From: a virus
Virus genome (UHGV): UHGV-0271399
Reading direction: 5' to 3' (one strand)
DNA length: 36,671 nt
Shown here: piece after piece, positions 30,483-36,671 of the stretch
Layout: each line of letters starts with the position of its first letter
How positions within the stretch are numbered: position 1 is the first letter of the stretch
Notes under the pieces: model-generated
Database searches by the model: none
What the model saw: only the letters and a program-made list of their open reading frames with translations
Told to the model about the DNA's origin: nothing
Made by a program: the position numbers and the translations under genes

Positions 30483-31180
30483 AGACTTGCTCCTTTCAGT
30501 CCGAACTTAGCTTTAATTTCTGCGATCTTCGCCAGCGCCTGAACACGATTTAGAGGCCTGCCGCCCATGACAGGAAGTTGTTTTACTGGTTCAGGTATCG
30601 TCTCACCACGGTTAATTCGCGCTGTCATACAGGTCAGTTCATCGGCAGCCTTGCGTCGTAATTCCGCGTCAGTCAGCGCATTGGCCCGCATGTTCTGGTA
30701 CAGGTTGGTAACCAGCCAGTAGTGCGCGTTCGATTTCCACGGATAAGACTCTGCATCCGGATACAGGCCACGCTTCCGGCAATACTCGTAAACCATATCA
30801 ACCAGCTCGCTGACGTTTGGCAGTCCGGCGATAACGGATGCTTCTTCCCGGCACCATGCAACAAACTGCCCAGGTGATGGCAGAAATGGTCGATTCTGCC
30901 GACGGGCTACGCGCATTCCTGCGTTAACCTGTTCCATTGTGGTGATCCCGTTTTCCCGGAAAGCCAGAACCCACTGGCGGCGGATTTCGTTCAGTTCGTT
31001 CTGGTCACGGTTAGCCAGGCTCGCCGGGAAAGTTGCCAGTAACTGGCTGAACACACCGTTGATGATCTGCGCTACCTGCTGTACCTGCGGCTTTTCGTCG
31101 TACTGTTCCGGCATGTTGTTGGCGATCCGACGCATCTGCTCACGGTCAAAGTTAACCATCTGTGCGGCGATGTTTTTCAT
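30479..31180 (-). CDS. P: Replication protein P (helicase loader)
   Basis: 233 aa near-identical to lambda P. Confidence 0.9.
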   Translation of the reverse strand: MKNIAAQMVNFDREQMRRIANNMPEQYDEKPQVQQVAQIINGVFSQLLATFPASLANRDQNELNEIRRQWVLAFRENGITTMEQVNAGMRVARRQNRPFLPSPGQFVAWCREEASVIAGLPNVSELVDMVYEYCRKRGLYPDAESYPWKSNAHYWLVTNLYQNMRANALTDAELRRKAADELTCMTARINRGETIPEPVKQLPVMGGRPLNRVQALAKIAEIKAKFGLKGASL

Positions 31181-32076
31181 AGATCCACCCCGTAAATCCA
31201 GTCTGTGTTTGTCAGGTCGAGTTTTGGTTTGCTAGCTGTCACGCCTGCCTGTTGCTTGTTACGGTTGATTTCGAGCTGGGTCCACTTGTCGCGGAGTTTA
31301 GCCGGACTCAGCACGTTACCGGACCAGAAGTTGTCCTGGCATGCCCAGCGGAACAGCACGCACATGTCGCGGTGGTTACGTCCATCACGTTCACGCATCA
31401 GGCGGATATCGTTAGCCCACCCTGCAAAATTCGGTTTTCTGGCTGATGGCGCGATGGTCTTCACCATGTCAAACATCCACTCTGCGGCGGTCAGGTCTTC
31501 TGCTGTCCCCCACTTGCTGCCGCTCTGAATTGCAGCATCCGGTTTCACCACAGAAAGATCGTTTTCTGGCTGGTCAGAGGATTCGCCAGAATTCTCTGAC
31601 GAATAATCTTTTCTTTTTTCTTTTGTATTAGTGTCTTTTGTGTCCCCCTGTTTTGAGGGATAGCAATCCCCCAATTTGAGGGATGTTTTATCCCTCGTTT
31701 TAGGGGATTTTCCCTCGTTTTGAGGGATGCACCATTCTGAGATGTTTTTATTTGGTCCAAACATGCCGCATTGTTGCTTGATAATATTCATTCTGACGAG
31801 TTCTAACTTGGCTTCATTGCACCGTTTGACGGGTAACTTTGTAATCTCGCTAAGTTGAGAATCGGTGATTCTGTCCATTGGTTTATTCCACCCATAGGTT
31901 TTACGCAGAATGGCAAGCAGCACTTTAAACTGTCGCTTGGTCAGATCTGCGCCTGAATAAGCCTCAAGCAGCATATTTGATAGTCTGGCGTAACCATCAT
32001 CGAGATCTGCCACATTACGCTCCTGTTTGGCAAAGTTACCTCTGCAGAAGTTGAGTATTTTTGCTGTATTTGTCAT
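31177..32076 (-). CDS. O: Replication initiator O
   Basis: 299 aa near-identical to lambda O; contains ori iterons. Confidence 0.9.
   Translation of the reverse strand: MTNTAKILNFCRGNFAKQERNVADLDDGYARLSNMLLEAYSGADLTKRQFKVLLAILRKTYGWNKPMDRITDSQLSEITKLPVKRCNEAKLELVRMNIIKQQCGMFGPNKNISEWCIPQNEGKSPKTRDKTSLKLGDCYPSKQGDTKDTNTKEKRKDYSSENSGESSDQPENDLSVVKPDAAIQSGSKWGTAEDLTAAEWMFDMVKTIAPSARKPNFAGWANDIRLMRERDGRNHRDMCVLFRWACQDNFWSGNVLSPAKLRDKWTQLEINRNKQQAGVTASKPKLDLTNTDWIYGVDL
31636..31730. other. ori-lambda: four iterons plus adjacent AT-rich region, inside O
   Basis: repeats of TCCCTCAAAACGAGGGA-type ~18-bp units at 31636-31730, A/T-rich tract at about 31600-31635. Confidence 0.8.
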
Positions 32077-32108
32077 AATGACTCCTGTGGATTGATCCAG
32101 TAATGACC

Positions 32109-32402
32109 TCAGAACTCCATCTGGATTTGTTCAGAACGCTCGGTTGCCGCCGGGCGTTTTTTATTGGTGAGAATCGCAGCAACTTGTCGCGCCAATCGAG
32201 CCATGTCGTCGTCAACGACACCCCATTCAAGAACAGCAAGCAGCATTGAGAACTTTGGAATCCAGTCTCTCTTCCACCTGCTGATCTGCGACTTATCAAC
32301 TCCCACAGCTTCCGCTGTCTTCTCAGTTCCAAGCATTGCGATTTTGTTAAGCAACGCACTCTCGATTCGTAGAGCCTCGTTGCGTTTGTTTGCACGAACC
32401 AT
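32109..32402 (-). CDS. cII: CII transcriptional activator
   Basis: 97 aa from ATG 32402, near-identical to lambda CII (MVRANKRNEALRIESALLNKIAMLG...). Confidence 0.9.
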   Translation of the reverse strand: MVRANKRNEALRIESALLNKIAMLGTEKTAEAVGVDKSQISRWKRDWIPKFSMLLAVLEWGVVDDDMARLARQVAAILTNKKRPAATERSEQIQMEF

Positions 32403-32477
32403 ATGTAAGTATTTCCTTAGATAACAATTAATTGAATGTATGCAAATAAATGCATACACCATAGGTATGGTTTAATT

Positions 32478-32512
32478 GGATGCCCTTTTTCAGGGCGGGG
32501 ATGTGTAAGAAC
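32478..32512 (-). promoter_or_regulatory. nutR (boxA/boxB)
   Basis: minus strand CTTACACAT (boxA-like) then GCCCTGAAAAAGGGC boxB hairpin, just downstream of cro. Confidence 0.6.
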
Positions 32513-32521
32513 GGGAATGTC

Positions 32522-33874
<1,353 letters not shown>

Positions 33875-33924
33875 TCCCCACCTCAATCTCAATAACCAAA
33901 AAACAAACTATTTTCCGTTTAAAA

Positions 33925-33992
33925 ACAATGGAGTTTGTTTTGCACACCTCTTTTTACAATATTTCTTGTTTACAATATACAATCTTTCTTGT
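33925..33992. promoter_or_regulatory. OL operators (434-type) with pL
   Basis: three ACAA-N6-TTGT 14-mers at 33925-33938, 33956-33969, 33979-33992, upstream of nutL and N. Confidence 0.7.
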
Positions 33993-34036
33993 AATTTTAA
34001 ACCATCAGCAGGACGCACTGACCACCATGAAGGTGA

Positions 34037-34067
34037 TGCTCTTAAAAATTAAGCCCTGAAAAAGGGC
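34037..34067 (+). promoter_or_regulatory. nutL (boxA/boxB)
   Basis: GCTCTTAAAAATTAA then boxB hairpin GCCCTGAAAAAGGGC (34053-34067) in the N leader. Confidence 0.65.
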
Positions 34068-34225
34068 AGCATTCAAAGCAGAAGGCTTTGGGGTGTATGA
34101 TACGAAACGAAGCATTGGCCGGAAGTGCGATTCCGGATTAGCTGCCAATGTGCCAATCGCGGGGTGTTTTCGTTCAGGACTACAACTGCCACACACCACC
34201 AAAGCTAACTGACAGGAGAATCCAG

Positions 34226-34549
34226 ATGGATGCACAAACACGCCGCCGCGAACGTCGCGCAGAGAAACAGGCTCAATGGAAAGCAGCAAATCCCCTGTTG
34301 GTTGGGGTAAGCACAAAACCAGTTAACCGCCCTATTCTCTCGCTGAATCGCAAACCGAAATCACGAGTAGAAAGCGCACTAAATCCGATAGACCTTACAG
34401 TGCTGGCTGAATACCACGAACAGATTGAAAGCAACCTGCAACGTATTGAGCGCAAGAATCATCGAGTTTGGTATAGCAAGCCAGGTGAGTTCGGTATAAC
34501 TTGTCAAGGAAGACAAAAGGTTAAAGGGAAATCCATTCCATTGGCATGA
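34226..34549 (+). CDS. N: Antiterminator N
   Basis: 107 aa from ATG 34226 (AGGAGA RBS), near-identical to lambda N (MDAQTRRRERRAEKQAQWKAANPLL...). Confidence 0.9.
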   Translation: MDAQTRRRERRAEKQAQWKAANPLLVGVSTKPVNRPILSLNRKPKSRVESALNPIDLTVLAEYHEQIESNLQRIERKNHRVWYSKPGEFGITCQGRQKVKGKSIPLA

Positions 34550-34557
34550 GGTACGTA

Positions 34558-35427
34558 ATGAAGAAGATTGATTACAAGTCCATACCAAAACCAATAGACT
34601 CAGCATCAGAGCGAAAAAAACACAAAAAAGAGGCTGAAAAATTAGTAAATTATATCAGTTTTATTAGAAACAATGCTCACGGCGATGGCGACAAGAAGTT
34701 GCTTTCAGATGCTCGGACCCAAGCGTTCGGTATACTTCGTAAGCAGATGCAATATCGTCTTCATCCAGGCTACATAATTGAAATTCGCCCTACTGAAAGA
34801 CAATTGTTCTTATTAAACTCTGTCTTTGACTTTGTAAACGTAGTTGGAGATCTTATCGACAGATCTGTAGATAAGGATCCTGATACAAATAGTTTTCTTC
34901 TAACAAATAAAGAATACTTATATGGTAAATTCGGTATAAACGGATGGCAAAAATATGTACGCTTCTTACGTGCATTCGTTGATGCGTATAAAAATTCCGA
35001 CATGATTTATACATATTTGCCTGGTGGTGATAATTGTACGCTTTCGGCAGACAATAGAATATTCATACCTGTACTTGGTCTTGGGCTGATTAATGCAGTA
35101 AATGAAAGAGATGTTATAATTGTTAAGCAGTGGCGAAAATATGAGGGATATAGATATCTGCCATGCTTTGATATATTAAAAATACAGAATAAATTCTATG
35201 TAAAAATTAAATATAAAGAAGATATTTTCTTCCTCAGAAAAAACAAAGATCTTTTACAAGAACTTTCTGGTACAATAGATGTCATCTTAGGTTCTAGGTT
35301 TATAAAAGAACTGAAAGAAAGCAGGTCTTTCTCTCGTGTAGAGATAAGCGAGTCAGAGTTATGGGGTATATCAAATAATCCTGTAAACCACGCTCACCAA
35401 CGAAACCCAAACAAAAAGTGGTCATAA
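34558..35427 (+). CDS. Hypothetical ~289-aa protein in pL operon (unknown; candidate exclusion/defence gene)
   Basis: ATG 34558 with GAGG RBS (alternative ATG 34546 overlapping N stop); AT-rich; Lys/Tyr/Asn-rich; occupies the ral/sieB position between N and ea10. Confidence 0.7.
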   Translation: MKKIDYKSIPKPIDSASERKKHKKEAEKLVNYISFIRNNAHGDGDKKLLSDARTQAFGILRKQMQYRLHPGYIIEIRPTERQLFLLNSVFDFVNVVGDLIDRSVDKDPDTNSFLLTNKEYLYGKFGINGWQKYVRFLRAFVDAYKNSDMIYTYLPGGDNCTLSADNRIFIPVLGLGLINAVNERDVIIVKQWRKYEGYRYLPCFDILKIQNKFYVKIKYKEDIFFLRKNKDLLQELSGTIDVILGSRFIKELKESRSFSRVEISESELWGISNNPVNHAHQRNPNKKWS

Positions 35428-35569
35428 CCCGCTTAGGCGGATTTCATTTTCACGCAAACAACAGAATAAACACTGCACTGTGTATTCATTCCAACGAGTG
35501 AATACACGGAGCAATGTCGCTCGTAACTAAACAGGAGCCGACTTGTTCTGATTATTGGAAATCTTCTTT

Positions 35570-35596
35570 GCCCTCCAATGTGAGGGCGATTTTTTA
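35570..35596 (+). terminator. Putative rho-independent terminator
   Basis: GCCCTC/GAGGGC stem with 6-nt loop followed by GATTTTTTAT. Confidence 0.45.
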
Positions 35597-35615
35597 TCTG
35601 TGAGGATATGAACAG

Positions 35616-35984
35616 ATGTCAAACATCAAAAAATACATCATTGATTACGACTGGAAAGCATCAATAGAAATTGAAATCGACCATGACGTAATGACAGAGG
35701 AAAAACTTCACCAGATTAATAATTTCTGGTCAGACTCTGAATACCGACTAAATAAACACGGCTCTTTATTAAATGCTGTATTAATCATGCTGGCGCAACA
35801 TGCTCTGCTTATAGCAATTTCAAGCGACTTAAATGCATATGGTGTTGTGTGTGAGTTCGACTGGAATGATGGAAATGGTCAGGAAGGATGGCCTCCAATG
35901 GATGGTAGCGAAGGAATAAGAATTACCGATATCGATACATCAGGAATATTTGATTCAGATGATATGACTATCAAAGCCGCCTGA
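35616..35984 (+). CDS. ea10: Ea10-like protein
   Basis: 122 aa acidic protein at the lambda ea10 position upstream of cIII; identification from recalled similarity only. Confidence 0.6.
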   Translation: MSNIKKYIIDYDWKASIEIEIDHDVMTEEKLHQINNFWSDSEYRLNKHGSLLNAVLIMLAQHALLIAISSDLNAYGVVCEFDWNDGNGQEGWPPMDGSEGIRITDIDTSGIFDSDDMTIKAA

Positions 35985-36056
35985 GCGCGGCGTTACCGCA
36001 TACCAATAACGCTTCACTCGAGGCGTTTTTCGTTATGTATAAATAAGGAGCACACC

Positions 36057-36221
36057 ATGCAATATGCCATTGCAGGGTGGCCTGTTGCTGGCTGCCCTTC
36101 CGAATCTTTACTTGAACGAATCACCCGCAAATTACGTGGCGGATGGAAACGCCTTATCGACATACTTAATCAGCCAGGAGTCCCAAAAAATGGATCAAAC
36201 ACTTATGGCTATCCAGACTAA
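36057..36221 (+). CDS. cIII: CIII (FtsH inhibitor)
   Basis: 54 aa, AAGGAG RBS; [54 protein letters not shown]; not in track because under 60 aa. Confidence 0.85.
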   Translation: MQYAIAGWPVAGCPSESLLERITRKLRGGWKRLIDILNQPGVPKNGSNTYGYPD

Positions 36222-36333
36222 ATTCACTATCGCCACTTTTATTGGCGATGAAAAGATGTTTCGTGAGGCCGTCGACGCTTATAAAAAATGGATATTAATA
36301 CTGAAACTGAGATCAAGCAAAAGCATTCACTAA
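36190..36333 (+). CDS. kil: Kil (host killing/FtsZ inhibitor)
   Basis: 47 aa from ATG 36190 ([47 protein letters not shown]); overlaps cIII 3' end as in lambda. Confidence 0.8.
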   Translation: MDQTLMAIQTKFTIATFIGDEKMFREAVDAYKKWILILKLRSSKSIH

Positions 36334-36408
36334 CCCCCTTTCCTGTTTTCCTAATCAGCCTGGCATTTCGCGGGCGATATTTTCACAGCCATTTTCAGGA
36401 GTTCAGCC

Positions 36409-36671
36409 ATGAACGCTTATTACATTCAGGATCGTCTTGAGGCTCAGAGCTGGGCGCGTCACTACCAGCAGATCGCCCGTGAAGAGAAAGAGGCAGAACT
36501 GGCAGACGACATGGAAAAATGCCTGCACCAGCACCTGTTTGAATCGCTATGCATCGATCATTTGCAACGCCACGGGGCCAGCAAAAAAGCCATTACCCGT
36601 GCGTTTGATGACGATGTTGAGTTTCAGGAGCGCATGGCAGAACACATCCGGTACATGGTTGAAACCATTGC
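36409..36671 (+). CDS. gam: Gam (RecBCD inhibitor), short form, 3'-truncated by window end
   Basis: ATG 36409; [37 protein letters not shown]... matches lambda GamS. Confidence 0.85.
   Translation, partial: MNAYYIQDRLEAQSWARHYQQIAREEKEAELADDMEKCLHQHLFESLCIDHLQRHGASKKAITRAFDDDVEFQERMAEHIRYMVETI

Noticed and set aside
32036-32462. Track ORFs 32036..32395 and the extended cII ORF 32109..32462
   Set aside because: The first is out of frame within cII and overlaps the O start; the second is an upstream extension into the tR1 region; cII starts at ATG 32402
34148-34225. Upstream extension of N (track 34148..34549)
   Set aside because: Lies in the nutL leader; the conserved N start MDAQTRRRERR is at 34226 with an AGGAGA RBS
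36064-36189. N-terminal part of the 89-aa track ORF (36064..36333)
   Set aside because: This frame overlaps cIII (36057..36221, other frame); only the kil portion from ATG 36190 matches a known protein

Overview
The window lies inside a mosaic lambdoid prophage of an enterobacterial host (E. coli/Shigella-like), with late genes on the minus strand; neither prophage end is visible. Right third (26.2-36.7 kb) is lambda-type: pL operon (N, ea10, cIII, kil, partial gam), a phage-434-type immunity region (cI, cro, three OR and three OL operators, nutL/nutR), cII, O with ori iterons, P, ren, tR2, a nin region, Q, pR'/tR' and the S-R-Rz/Rz1 lysis cassette. Middle (2.2-22.3 kb) is a non-lambda morphogenesis module: terminase small and large subunits, portal, head proteins, major capsid, then a contractile-tail set (sheath, tube, tape measure, baseplate, tail fibre, Tfa). 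Left end carries an AT-rich acyltransferase gene and a dinI-like gene with a LexA box. Several unrecognised accessory genes sit at classic moron hotspots: a two-gene AT-rich cassette between lysis genes and terminase (22306-23453), a ~290-aa gene coupled to N at the ral/sieB position (34558-35427), a secreted protein coupled to cI at the rex position (33470-33874), and a two-gene insert with its own terminator inside the baseplate operon (6362-7040). These are the best candidates for an undescribed exclusion/defence function; none could be assigned to a known family from sequence alone. No tRNA, rRNA, CRISPR, IS element or integrase was seen. Several starts in the supplied ORF track are GTG/TTG-extended and were re-placed by reading the sequence.
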